DNA of 63,899 bases, the filler included. It is 5 parts of 5 records of this genome, joined end to end, with 100 filler letters (N's around TTAATTAATTAA, not from the genome) between each part and the next. Parts side by side here need not be neighbours in the genome. Positions count along the whole stretch, not along the records: positions 31,042 to 58,744 come from SRR20825006_2039; 4 more parts are not named here. One strand, written 5' to 3'. This document shows positions 39,974-48,867 of the stretch, in pieces. The notes beneath the pieces were generated by a model. It was not told the origin of the DNA and searched no databases. It worked only from the letters and a program-made list of their open reading frames with translations. A program made the translations under genes and the position numbers. Position 1 is the stretch's first letter, and each line of letters begins with the position of its first letter.

Positions 39974-40822
39974 ATGACTGAAGACAAGGGCCTGCCGCCC
40001 GTCAAAGGACCGCTGGTGTATCGCCAGTCCATCTGGACGCGGCTGACCCATTGGGTCTGGGCGATATGCCTGTTCTTCTTGCTGCTTTCCGGGTTGCAGA
40101 TCTTCAATGCCCATCCCACCCTCTATATCGGCAAGCAATCGGGCTTCGAGTTCGACAACGCGGTCCTCAACATTGGTGCCGTCAACACGCCAGATGGGCC
40201 ACGCGGACAAACTACTGTTTTCGGGCAGACCTTTGATACGACCGGCGTGCTGGGCATGAGCGGGCCGGAGGCCAATCCAAGCTTTGTCGGCTTTCCCGGT
40301 GCCGTGACGATCCCGTCATTCCGTGATCTGGCAACGGGGCGGGTCGTGCATTTTTTCTTCGGCTGGATATTTGTCGCGGCCTTGTTCATCTGGTTCCTGG
40401 CCAGCTTCATCAATGGCCATTTGCGACGCGACATCCTGCCCAAGAGTCGTGATATCACGGGATTGCCGCGGGATGCCCTGGACCATGCGCGATTGCGCCT
40501 GCACCATGGACGGACCTATACGCCGCTGCAGAAACTGAGCTATTTCACGGTCTTCTTCGTGCTGTTTCCGCTGATCATCCTGACGGGACTGACCATGAGT
40601 CCGGGCATGGATGCGGCGTGGCCCTGGCTACTGGATATTTTCGGGGGGCGGCAGACTGCGCGCACTATCCATTTCGTTGTGATGGTGCTGCTGGTGCTGT
40701 TCTTTGTCGTCCACATCATCATGGTACTGTTGGCCGGACCGCTTAACGAGCTGCGCTCCATGATTACCGGCTGGTACCGCACCAGCCCCGGCACGCCCAG
40801 CGAACAGGGAGACAAGCCATGA
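39974..40822 (+). CDS. Membrane cytochrome b subunit (YdhU/Ni-hydrogenase cyt b-like)
   Basis: RLTHW, SGLQIFNAHP, VVHF, YTPLQKLSY, ARTIHF and VVHI. Conserved His residues in TM helices. Confidence 0.85.
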   Translation: MTEDKGLPPVKGPLVYRQSIWTRLTHWVWAICLFFLLLSGLQIFNAHPTLYIGKQSGFEFDNAVLNIGAVNTPDGPRGQTTVFGQTFDTTGVLGMSGPEANPSFVGFPGAVTIPSFRDLATGRVVHFFFGWIFVAALFIWFLASFINGHLRRDILPKSRDITGLPRDALDHARLRLHHGRTYTPLQKLSYFTVFFVLFPLIILTGLTMSPGMDAAWPWLLDIFGGRQTARTIHFVVMVLLVLFFVVHIIMVLLAGPLNELRSMITGWYRTSPGTPSEQGDKP

Positions 40823-41610
40823 GCCGCCTGATCGTCAATCGCCGCAAATTTCTGGTCGGCTCGGCCGCGCTGGGGTCGTCCCTGGCCCTGTCGGGATGCA
40901 ACCAGTTCGACTTTCTCGGACAGCGCGGCAATCCGGTGCGCCAGGTGCTCGAGCAGGCCAATGTGCTGACCTACCAGGCGCAGCGCGCCCTGATCGGCGA
41001 TCAAGTGTTGGCGCGCGAATATGCGGAGAGCGAAATCCGCCAGGGCCAGCGCCCAAACGGTTCGACCGATCCCACGACGGCGGAATATATGTTCCTGAGA
41101 GAGGCCAATTTTGAACCCTACCGGCTCACCATCAAGGGCATGGTGGACAGGGAAGTCAGCTTCTCGCTTGCAGAATTGCGCAATATGCCTTCACGAACCC
41201 AGGTTACCCGACACGATTGCGTCGAAGGGTGGAGTTGCATTGCCAAGTGGACCGGCACGCCCTTGGGGCCGGTGCTCGACCAGGCCGGGGTAAAGCCGGG
41301 CGCGCGCTATTGCGTCTATCACTGCTACGACAATATCCAGCGCAGCATTTCGGGTGACATTCTCTACTATACCAGTTCGGACCTGGTGGACGCCTATCAC
41401 CCCCAGACAATCCTGTCCTATGGGCTCAATGACGAGGTCCTGCCGGTGAGCAATGGCGCGCCGGTTCGCCTCCGGATCGAGCGGGCCCTTGGTTACAAGC
41501 AGCCGAAATACCTGCATACGATTGAGCTGGTCGATGACCTGTCCTCCTTCGGTCGCGGCAAAGGCGGCTATTGGGAGGACAATGGCTATGACTGGTATGG
41601 CGGGATTTGA
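40819..41610 (+). CDS. Sulfite-oxidase-family molybdopterin oxidoreductase (MsrP-like), Tat-exported
   Basis: NRRKFL Tat motif, LSGC lipobox, HDCVEGWS Mo-ligand Cys, NGAPVRLR, GYKQPK and GGYWED. Confidence 0.87.
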   Translation: MSRLIVNRRKFLVGSAALGSSLALSGCNQFDFLGQRGNPVRQVLEQANVLTYQAQRALIGDQVLAREYAESEIRQGQRPNGSTDPTTAEYMFLREANFEPYRLTIKGMVDREVSFSLAELRNMPSRTQVTRHDCVEGWSCIAKWTGTPLGPVLDQAGVKPGARYCVYHCYDNIQRSISGDILYYTSSDLVDAYHPQTILSYGLNDEVLPVSNGAPVRLRIERALGYKQPKYLHTIELVDDLSSFGRGKGGYWEDNGYDWYGGI

Positions 41611-41880
41611 GGCCGGCAGCGGCGCAGCACATCACCCATGCGCCCATCGCGCTTGCCTTTTTCTGCCAGTTCCCCCATATGAACGCGACGTCACGGCAAA
41701 ATGGCCGTTGATGGACTTCCCTTCTTACTCATGCGGTGAGCGGCGAAGTCGACCCGGATACCCCAGAATGTGCGGTCCGGGTTTGAGCCAGCACCCGCGC
41801 GATAATCCCATCGCCCGATTGCAAAGTTGATAGAAGCGCCACCCGCGTTGCGGCTTGGCGCATGCGCGGTTTTGCGCAAG

Positions 41881-43299
41881 ATGAAAGACAAGAGTTTGAA
41901 CGATTTTACCTCGCTCGGCCTGCCGAAACTGATCACCGACAGCCTGACTGCCGGCGGCTTTACCGAGCCCACCAAGATTCAGGCCCAGGCCATTCCAAAA
42001 CTGCTTGAAGGCCGGGACATGATGGGCATTGCCCAGACCGGTTCGGGTAAGACGGCGGCCTTTGGCCTGCCGATCCTGGCCGGCCTTCTCGAGCTGACCG
42101 GTCGGCCCCGGCCGATGACGACGCGCGCGCTGATCCTGGCGCCGACGCGTGAACTGGCCGTGCAGATCGACGAGAATATCCGCAAGTTTGCCGGCTCGAA
42201 GATGAAGCTCGATACGGTTCTCGTGCTGGGTGGCGTGTCGCGCTACCATCAGGTGCAGAAGATCGCCAAGGGTGTCGATGTGGTTGTCGCCACGCCGGGC
42301 CGCCTGAAGGATCTGCTCGACGACAACAAGATCCGCCTCAATGAAACGCGCTGGCTGGTGTTGGACGAGGCCGACCGCATGCTCGATATGGGCTTTATCG
42401 CGCCGGTGCGTGCCATTGCCAAGGCAATTGGCCTGCGGCGCCAGACCATGCTGTTCTCTGCCACCATGGCGGCGGAAGTCGAGGATCTGGCAAAATCGCT
42501 GCTGAAAGAGCCGATCAAGGTGGAAGCCGCGCCGCAGGGCTCGACCGTGGTCAAGATTGACCAGCGGGTGATCATGTCCGGCTCCAAGGCCAAGCGCGGT
42601 GTGCTCAACGATCTGCTCGGCGACGAAGCGGAAGGCATGGAGCGGGTTATCGTTTTTGCCCGGACCAAGCATGGCGCCGACCGGGTGGCCAAGAACCTCG
42701 CCATTGATGGCCATGACGCCGCTGCCATTCACGGCAACAAGAGCCAGAATGCCCGCCAGGCTGCGCTCAAAGGTTTTGCCAGCGGCGGCGTGCGCATCCT
42801 GGTGGCGACCGATATCGCGGCGCGCGGCATCGACGTCAAGGACATCACCCATGTGGTCAATTATGACCTGCCGGATGATCCGGAGAACTATGTGCACCGC
42901 ATTGGCCGCACGGGCCGCAATGGGGCATCGGGCATTGCCATTACGCTGTGTGACGGGACAGAAAAATCCAAATTGCGCGATGTCGAACGGCTGATCCGCC
43001 GGACCCTTCCGGTGTCGGGCGATCTGAACCTGGTCGAAGAAGCCGCAGCGCCGCGTCAGCAGCTCAACAATGCTGGTGCACCGGGCGGTGCACGCACGGC
43101 CCGCAACCCGAAGTCCAAGAGCCCGCGCAAGTTCAATACGCCGCGCCCGGGTGGCGAGCGCAGCAAAGCTGGCGAAGGCATGCCACAGTCTGCGCGGCCA
43201 GCGGGTAGCAAGCCGGCTGGTGCCAAATCGGGCAAGCCGCGCTGGAACAAGGGACAGCGTGATGCCGGCCGTGCCCGGCGCGCAACTGCCAACGCCTGA
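41881..43299 (+). CDS. rhlE: DEAD-box RNA helicase (RhlE-like)
   Basis: Q motif, AQTGSGKT, PTRELA, DEAD, SAT, ARGID, HRIGRTGR and a basic C-terminal tail. Start is ATG 41881 or TTG 41896. Confidence 0.92.
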   Translation: MKDKSLNDFTSLGLPKLITDSLTAGGFTEPTKIQAQAIPKLLEGRDMMGIAQTGSGKTAAFGLPILAGLLELTGRPRPMTTRALILAPTRELAVQIDENIRKFAGSKMKLDTVLVLGGVSRYHQVQKIAKGVDVVVATPGRLKDLLDDNKIRLNETRWLVLDEADRMLDMGFIAPVRAIAKAIGLRRQTMLFSATMAAEVEDLAKSLLKEPIKVEAAPQGSTVVKIDQRVIMSGSKAKRGVLNDLLGDEAEGMERVIVFARTKHGADRVAKNLAIDGHDAAAIHGNKSQNARQAALKGFASGGVRILVATDIAARGIDVKDITHVVNYDLPDDPENYVHRIGRTGRNGASGIAITLCDGTEKSKLRDVERLIRRTLPVSGDLNLVEEAAAPRQQLNNAGAPGGARTARNPKSKSPRKFNTPRPGGERSKAGEGMPQSARPAGSKPAGAKSGKPRWNKGQRDAGRARRATANA

Positions 43300-43320
43300 A
43301 TCACATTTTGGGTTAGATAG

Positions 43321-43352
43321 ATGGGCGGTCTTCGGGCCGCCCATTGCATTTT
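43321..43352 (+). terminator. Stem-loop after the helicase gene
   Basis: ATGGGCGGTC-TTCG-GGCCGCCCAT followed by TGCATTTT. Confidence 0.65.
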
Positions 43353-43363
43353 GAGGGATTGCC

Positions 43364-44257
43364 ATGACTTCCATCGCCATTGTCGGGCCGGGTGCCATCG
43401 GGGGAACCCTTGCCGCCTGGCTGGCCCAGAACGCCGAATTTGATGTTTCGGTCTGCGTTCGCACGCCGATCACCGATCTGGCGGTGGAAACGCCGGCAGG
43501 TGTAATCACGGCCACGCCAAAAGTGCTGACGGCCCCCTCACAGGCCCAGCCTGTCGACTGGGTCTTGATTGCAACCAAAGCCTACAGTGCCGACGCGACC
43601 GCGCCGTGGCTCGATGCCTTATGCGGACCGGAAACGCGCGTGGCGATCATCCAGAACGGGGTGGAGCATGTGAGCCTGTTTGCCCACCTAGTGCCGGCAG
43701 ACCGGCTGGTGCCGGTGATGATCAACCTGCCGGCCTCGCGCAGCGCACCTGGTCGTATCGTCCAGAGCCGACATGGCATCATCGCGGTGCCTGCAGAGCG
43801 CAATGGCGAGGCGTTTGCTGAATTGTTCGCCCATACGGAGATCGAGGCAGCGGCGCATGCCGATTTTGTGTCCCAGCTTTGGGTCAAACTGACCGGAAAT
43901 TGTGCGGCCGTTGTTCCTGCACTGACATTGCGGGCCACTGGGCCGGTCTGGTCCGACGACATGGAGGCCATCATTCGCGCACTAGCTGAAGAGTGCGCGG
44001 CCGTTGGACGCGCAGAGGGCGCTGAGGTGCCTCAAGCGGTGGTGGACGCCACAGTCGAGAATATGCGCACCATGAAGGAGGGCGCGATAGCCGGGTCGAT
44101 TCATGCCGACCGGCTGGCGGGCAATCCCATGGAAACCGAAGCCCGCAACGGAGTCATCGTGCGGCTGGGCGAGAGACATGGCATTGCCACCCCGGCCAAC
44201 CGCATGCTGGTTACGCTGCTGGGGGCGTCTGGGACCCCATGGCGTTCGGAGGCGTAG
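43364..44257 (+). CDS. Ketopantoate reductase (PanE/ApbA) family protein
   Basis: IVGPGAIGG, ATKAY, IQNGV, WVKL, SIHAD and ETEARNG. Confidence 0.85.
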   Translation: MTSIAIVGPGAIGGTLAAWLAQNAEFDVSVCVRTPITDLAVETPAGVITATPKVLTAPSQAQPVDWVLIATKAYSADATAPWLDALCGPETRVAIIQNGVEHVSLFAHLVPADRLVPVMINLPASRSAPGRIVQSRHGIIAVPAERNGEAFAELFAHTEIEAAAHADFVSQLWVKLTGNCAAVVPALTLRATGPVWSDDMEAIIRALAEECAAVGRAEGAEVPQAVVDATVENMRTMKEGAIAGSIHADRLAGNPMETEARNGVIVRLGERHGIATPANRMLVTLLGASGTPWRSEA

Positions 44258-45677
44258 CCAATTCGCTGGCGGAACCGAGATAGAGCACATCGCGCGTGGC
44301 GCTGGCTTTGTTCGGCCCTCCTTGGCTCAGGTGGTTGAGGAAGCTGACTGCCCAGTCGTCGACATTGTACTTCTGCGCTGACTTCATCAGAGCTGCCCAA
44401 CGCTGTTTGCGTTCGTCGAGCGGCATATCGAGGGCCATGCGCAGGGCTTCGGACGTCTCGTCCGTATCGAATGGATTGACCAGAAGGCCTTCGGGGAAGA
44501 TTTCGGCCGCACCGGCAAAGCGCGAGAGGACCAGCACGCCGGGGTCTTCCGGGTTCTGCGACCCGACGAATTCGTGCGCCACCAAGTTCATGCCGTCGCG
44601 CAGCGGTGTGACCAGGGCCACTCGGGCCATGCGGTAAAGCCCGGCGAGGCTTGGCTGGCCATAGGCGCGCTTGACATAGGTCAGGGGCTGCCAGTCGGGT
44701 TCGGCGAAATGCCCCATAACCCGGCCGCATATGGCATCGAGGGTATCACTGGTTTCCTGATATTCCTTGATGCTGTCGCGCGATGGCGGGGCCACCTGCA
44801 ACATGTGCACAGAACGGCGCAGCCGGGCATTGTTGGCGAGCAGCTTTTCATAGGCCTCGACGCGTTGCGGCAGGCCCTTGGAGTAGTCCAGCCGGTCGAC
44901 CCCCAGGATCAACCGCTGATCGCCCAGAACCCGCTTCATGCGATTCACCATCTTGGTGGCGGCGGGGCTGACGGAGAGCTTGGCAAAGGCATCCGGGTCC
45001 GAACCGATGGGGAAGGCCTCAACCTCGGTGCGGCTGAAATCGATCGCCTGCACCTTGTGGCCGCCAAAAGTGGAGGGCGCCTGATGTTCTGCAAATTCGG
45101 TGAACGCGGTGACGTCGCGCTTGGCCTGCATGCCGACCAGATCGTAACGCGACAAGTCTCGCATCAGCTCTTCATGGTGCGGGATGGCATAGAGCGCGTC
45201 GGTCGTGGGGAACGGAATATGCAGATAGAAGCCGATGCGGTTGCGTGCACCGAGTTGACGCAGCTCGGACGCCAGTGGGATCAGGTGATAATCATGCACC
45301 CAGACCACGTCATCGGGCTTGAGCAGCGGCAGCAGCGCCCTGGCGAATTGCTGGTTCACACGGCGATAGCCCTCGTACCAGTGGCTTTCAATCGTTGCTA
45401 GGTCGAGGCGCAAGTGGAAGCTGGGCCAGAGAATGGAGTTCGAGAACCCTGCATAATAGGCGTGGTGATCTTCGCGGCTGAGGTCGATCTGGGCGACTTC
45501 GAGGCCATCGATATCCTCAATACGGGCTTCGCGGGCGGGTTGATCCGTCAGCTTGCCAGACCAGCCGAACCAGAAGCCCTCCCTTTCGCTCAGTACCTTG
45601 CGCAGCGCCACGGCAAGCCCACCGGCGGCGGGACCCTTGCCGGGCGTACGGTTCGATACAATGACGATGCGGCTCAT
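44211..45677 (-). CDS. otsA: Trehalose-6-phosphate synthase
   Basis: VSNR, AGGLAVAL, WVHDYHL, LHIPFP, GVDRLDYSKG and RDGMNLVAHE. Confidence 0.95.
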   Translation of the reverse strand: MSRIVIVSNRTPGKGPAAGGLAVALRKVLSEREGFWFGWSGKLTDQPAREARIEDIDGLEVAQIDLSREDHHAYYAGFSNSILWPSFHLRLDLATIESHWYEGYRRVNQQFARALLPLLKPDDVVWVHDYHLIPLASELRQLGARNRIGFYLHIPFPTTDALYAIPHHEELMRDLSRYDLVGMQAKRDVTAFTEFAEHQAPSTFGGHKVQAIDFSRTEVEAFPIGSDPDAFAKLSVSPAATKMVNRMKRVLGDQRLILGVDRLDYSKGLPQRVEAYEKLLANNARLRRSVHMLQVAPPSRDSIKEYQETSDTLDAICGRVMGHFAEPDWQPLTYVKRAYGQPSLAGLYRMARVALVTPLRDGMNLVAHEFVGSQNPEDPGVLVLSRFAGAAEIFPEGLLVNPFDTDETSEALRMALDMPLDERKQRWAALMKSAQKYNVDDWAVSFLNHLSQGGPNKASATRDVLYLGSASELATPPNAMGSQTPPAA

Positions 45678-45741
45678 GTGGCTGGTGCCCCCGTGACTGG
45701 TTGAACATATGTGCTTGCCGGCATTGCCGGCGGTCGGCAGA

Positions 45742-46554
45742 TCAGTGTGCAGTCGTGTCCGCCAGAATCGGCGTTTCGTGTGCGAGATTGCTCGTTGCCT
45801 GCGGTCCCGCGACAATCTGGGTCAGGCCCTCAAGCAGGGCATACACAGAAGCAACATCGGCGATGCGCATGCGCGCAATCGTCTTCCCCGGCCCGAGCTT
45901 GATACCAACGCCACCCAGCTCCTGCGCGGCGCGAAAGCCATCTTCATCGGTTGTGTCGTCGCCGATGAAGATCGGAGTGCGGCCGACGAAAGGTTCTTCC
46001 TGCATGAAAGCTCTCAGAGCACTGCCCTTGTCAAAGCCCGCAGGCCGCGCCTCGATGACCATCTTGCCTGGAACGAGCGTGAATTCGGGATGCTTGCCAA
46101 TGGCGGCCTGCATGGCGAGAAGGCAGTCTTCTTCCAGCTCCGGTGCCTGACGATAATGCAGCGCAACGGCACCGTCCTTGGGCTCCAGGATCAGTTCGGC
46201 GTGTTCTTCGAGCAATGGCGCCATGGCGCTGGCAATGGATTGAGCGGCCCCTGTTATGTCGGCATCGAGTTCGAGCAACGTGCCATCGGCGCGGCGACGC
46301 TGGGCCCCATGTGCGCCGGCGACCGGCAAATGCAGCGGAGCAAGGAAGCGATCAATATCGGCAATTTCGCGGCCGGTAATGACGGCGAATGCATGATTGA
46401 AGTCGCGGGCAGTCCGGTCCAACTGGTCCGCCAGATCGGCGGGCACGTCGACGGCGTCAGGTGTTTCGGCGATTTCAACCAGCGTGCCGTCGAAATCGGT
46501 GAAAATGGCGAGCAACGGTGCCGCGCCGCCAGACTGTGCAATCAGTTCGGACAT
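45742..46554 (-). CDS. otsB: Trehalose-6-phosphate phosphatase
   Basis: DFDGTL, ITGR, GAHG, ALHYR, DKG and GDDTTDEDGF. Confidence 0.93.
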   Translation of the reverse strand: MSELIAQSGGAAPLLAIFTDFDGTLVEIAETPDAVDVPADLADQLDRTARDFNHAFAVITGREIADIDRFLAPLHLPVAGAHGAQRRRADGTLLELDADITGAAQSIASAMAPLLEEHAELILEPKDGAVALHYRQAPELEEDCLLAMQAAIGKHPEFTLVPGKMVIEARPAGFDKGSALRAFMQEEPFVGRTPIFIGDDTTDEDGFRAAQELGGVGIKLGPGKTIARMRIADVASVYALLEGLTQIVAGPQATSNLAHETPILADTTAH

Positions 46555-46591
46555 GGCTACCCCTTTGGTTGCATTGATGGTCACAGCTTGC

Positions 46592-46616
46592 AACGCACGG
46601 GGACGTAAAAAGTTCG
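46592..46616 (-). promoter_or_regulatory. Putative general-stress (EcfG/RpoE2-type) promoter for otsBA
   Basis: Minus strand reads CGAAC-tttttacgtccccgtg(16 nt)-CGTT, one mismatch from GGAAC-N16-CGTT, 37 nt upstream of otsB. Confidence 0.55.
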
Positions 46617-46767
46617 GGCCTCATGGCTGGTATGCGCCCGGCGGGATTTATGAATGACACATTAATGGTGCATTGGTCCTGCGTTCAAAGCGGCCTGCGT
46701 AGAAGGAACCGAGAGCGGAAAGGGGCTAGCCCGGACCGCCGCAAATAGAATGAGGGTCCTTCACATC

Positions 46768-46890
46768 ATGTCACAGCTTTTGCTTACCGCGCTGTTCGCC
46801 CTGTCGATCAGCTTCCTGACCTTTGCCGCCTCTTTCGCCGAGGCCCCGCGAAGCGAGTTCATGCCGGCAGCTGCCGTCAGCCTCGACTAA
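46768..46890 (+). CDS. Putative 40-aa small hydrophobic/secreted protein
   Basis: MSQLLLTALFALSISFLTFAASFAEAPRSEFMPAAAVSLD. Fills the gap between otsB and the deaminase. Alternative in-frame ATG at 46750. Confidence 0.45.
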   Translation: MSQLLLTALFALSISFLTFAASFAEAPRSEFMPAAAVSLD

Positions 46891-47510
46891 GCCAGCGGAA
46901 TGCCTTTGCTGCCCTTGTCCTTCTGATAGTTTTCGGACAACTCGGCATAGAGGGCGTTGAGATCGTCGATACGCGCCAGAAGCGTTTCGCGATTGCTGCG
47001 CCCGAGCCCAGCGATCATGTCCTGCAGGCCATGGCTGGTCCAGAAATCGTTGCTGCGGTTGTAGAGGTCGCGCCCCGGCGACACTGTGCCGGTTTCAGGC
47101 TCGGGCACCGCATAGACGGATTTGAGAATCTGGATGTCATAGGGAATGGCGAAGCTGTCGCGGCTGTCCTGATGGCTGAACAGATAGTAGAAATTGTCAA
47201 AGCCTGACCAGGTTATGCCGGAAAGGCACAGCGAGCAGGGCTCGTGGGTCGCCAGAAACAGGCAGTCCTTGGTGGCCGGCCGCTGGTCCGCTTGCAGTTC
47301 GAAGAAGCGCTTGATGGCATGCATTTCACCATGCCAGAGCGGGTTCTCGATCTCGTCATTGGTCTCAGCGACGATCACCGAAAGATCTGACTTTTTCAGA
47401 ATGGCTGCACCGAAGAGCTTGTTGCCGCGCGCAACGCCCTTGGCGGTGACGGGCGCAATGTCGTTTTCGATGACGTCGAGCAGGCGTGAAATTAGATCGG
47501 CAGTCTCCAA
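46887..47510 (-). CDS. Zn-dependent nucleoside/nucleobase deaminase (CDA superfamily)
   Basis: GNKLFGAAIL, HGE and EPCSLC motifs. TTG start. Confidence 0.87.
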   Translation of the reverse strand: METADLISRLLDVIENDIAPVTAKGVARGNKLFGAAILKKSDLSVIVAETNDEIENPLWHGEMHAIKRFFELQADQRPATKDCLFLATHEPCSLCLSGITWSGFDNFYYLFSHQDSRDSFAIPYDIQILKSVYAVPEPETGTVSPGRDLYNRSNDFWTSHGLQDMIAGLGRSNRETLLARIDDLNALYAELSENYQKDKGSKGIPLA

Positions 47511-47516
47511 ACCAGT

Positions 47517-48281
47517 CTACTCCGTTGTCCGCACAAGCCCGATGAGCGGTACACCGGCCGCATCGAGCAACCGCAATCCCTGACCGTCGAGTTCGTAGGA
47601 TGCCACGGCAGACAGCGCTGTGAAATAGGCGGTCTCTTCATTCATCAAATCTGGTGCACAAGCCATGCGGGTTGCCGCCGCCGGACCGAATGTCAGCGCC
47701 TCCGCGTCGATACTGGCCTCGGTGAAGTAATTGTTGCACCCGCCGAACCCACCTGCGCGATGGTCCGGGGCAATCGAGAGGGTCGGTGGTCGAGGTGCGA
47801 CGACCGGCCTCCCACCGATGCTTGTGACCGTCCAGAGCGTGTCGAAGAATTCTGGCGGGGTGGCGGGAATAGGTGGCTCCGGGCTTGGCGGCTGGGTTGG
47901 GGTGCGATTGACCATTATGGCGGTGGGGGTGCTGTCGCCGATGGTCACGGGCACTGGATTGGGCGTGCGAAACAGAACCTGGCCGGCACTAGAAATCTCG
48001 GCCAGGAGGCCATAGGTACCATTTGACCCTTCGATCTGCGAATGCACATTGAGCGCGAAGCTGATCGGCACCTGGCCCTTGGCTGGAATGCCAGCCGAAG
48101 CACCCACGACAGGGGCCATCGTTGTCAGATCGACCAGCGTGACACGGAGCCAGGCGTCTGCCGGCAGTGCCATGCGCTCGCGATACGTCACGGTGCCATT
48201 GAGCGTAGTTGCGGCCATGGCCGGCGACGACAGGACCATCAGTATCAGCACGACGGCCTTGATGAGCCTTGAAAGGTGCAT
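47517..48281 (-). CDS. Exported YbaY-domain + META-domain protein
   Basis: Signal peptide, GTVTYRERMALP (YbaY-like), Pro-rich linker, GFGGCNNY...ATRMAC (META). Confidence 0.82.
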   Translation of the reverse strand: MHLSRLIKAVVLILMVLSSPAMAATTLNGTVTYRERMALPADAWLRVTLVDLTTMAPVVGASAGIPAKGQVPISFALNVHSQIEGSNGTYGLLAEISSAGQVLFRTPNPVPVTIGDSTPTAIMVNRTPTQPPSPEPPIPATPPEFFDTLWTVTSIGGRPVVAPRPPTLSIAPDHRAGGFGGCNNYFTEASIDAEALTFGPAAATRMACAPDLMNEETAYFTALSAVASYELDGQGLRLLDAAGVPLIGLVRTTE

Positions 48282-48354
48282 TTCTGCCTCCATCCCTTTG
48301 CTGCACAAACTACAGCAAGCGCCTGACGGTTGCGAGACAAGGACGGTTTCAAGG

Positions 48355-48864
48355 TTACTCGGGGCGGTCTGCCACGATGGTCCAGGGATGCTTGAAGTGA
48401 TGTTCTTCGAGGTTGTTGCCCTCGCCCCCCCGATCAACGACGAGGAATTCGCTGGTCTTCTCGAGAGGAGTGAGTACGCCGTGCCAGACGTTGATGGCGA
48501 TGTTGACGCCTTGTCCGGCGGCCGGGCGGAAAGCGCGCAGACGCGTGGGCTCGCCGCGATTATCCTGGGCGACAATTACCAACCAGGGGTGGGCAGAAAG
48601 CGGGAAAAACGCCTGGCTGCCGTGGGGATGTCGCTCCATCATTAGCAAATCGAGCGGCAGGGCATAAGGACGCCCTCGAAATATCGAGATCAGTGGCCGG
48701 GCCCCGTCGCCTTCCAGTTCAATCCTGGCCAGGTCGTGAAAACGCTCCGTCATGCCCAGATTGATCGGGTAGTGATCGGCATTTTCGGTCTGAATGACCT
48801 GGCCAAAAGGCGCGAAAGCCTCGGGGGTCAGGGGCTCGGTGAAGATCGTGTTGTCGGCTGGCAT
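48355..48864 (-). CDS. allA: Ureidoglycolate lyase
   Basis: PLTPEAFAPFGQVI, ERHPHGSQAF, GVNI...WHGVL and FLVVDR. Confidence 0.9.
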   Translation of the reverse strand: MPADNTIFTEPLTPEAFAPFGQVIQTENADHYPINLGMTERFHDLARIELEGDGARPLISIFRGRPYALPLDLLMMERHPHGSQAFFPLSAHPWLVIVAQDNRGEPTRLRAFRPAAGQGVNIAINVWHGVLTPLEKTSEFLVVDRGGEGNNLEEHHFKHPWTIVADRPE

Positions 48865-48867
48865 GGC

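Noticed and set aside
39844..39977. Two tiny ORFs (19 and 24 aa) in the leader of the cytochrome b gene as a possible Met-rich peptide
   Set aside because: Neither is Met-rich or has a signal peptide or clear RBS.
41725..43578. 617-aa minus-strand ORF
   Set aside because: Antisense to the DEAD-box helicase, with no independent motifs.
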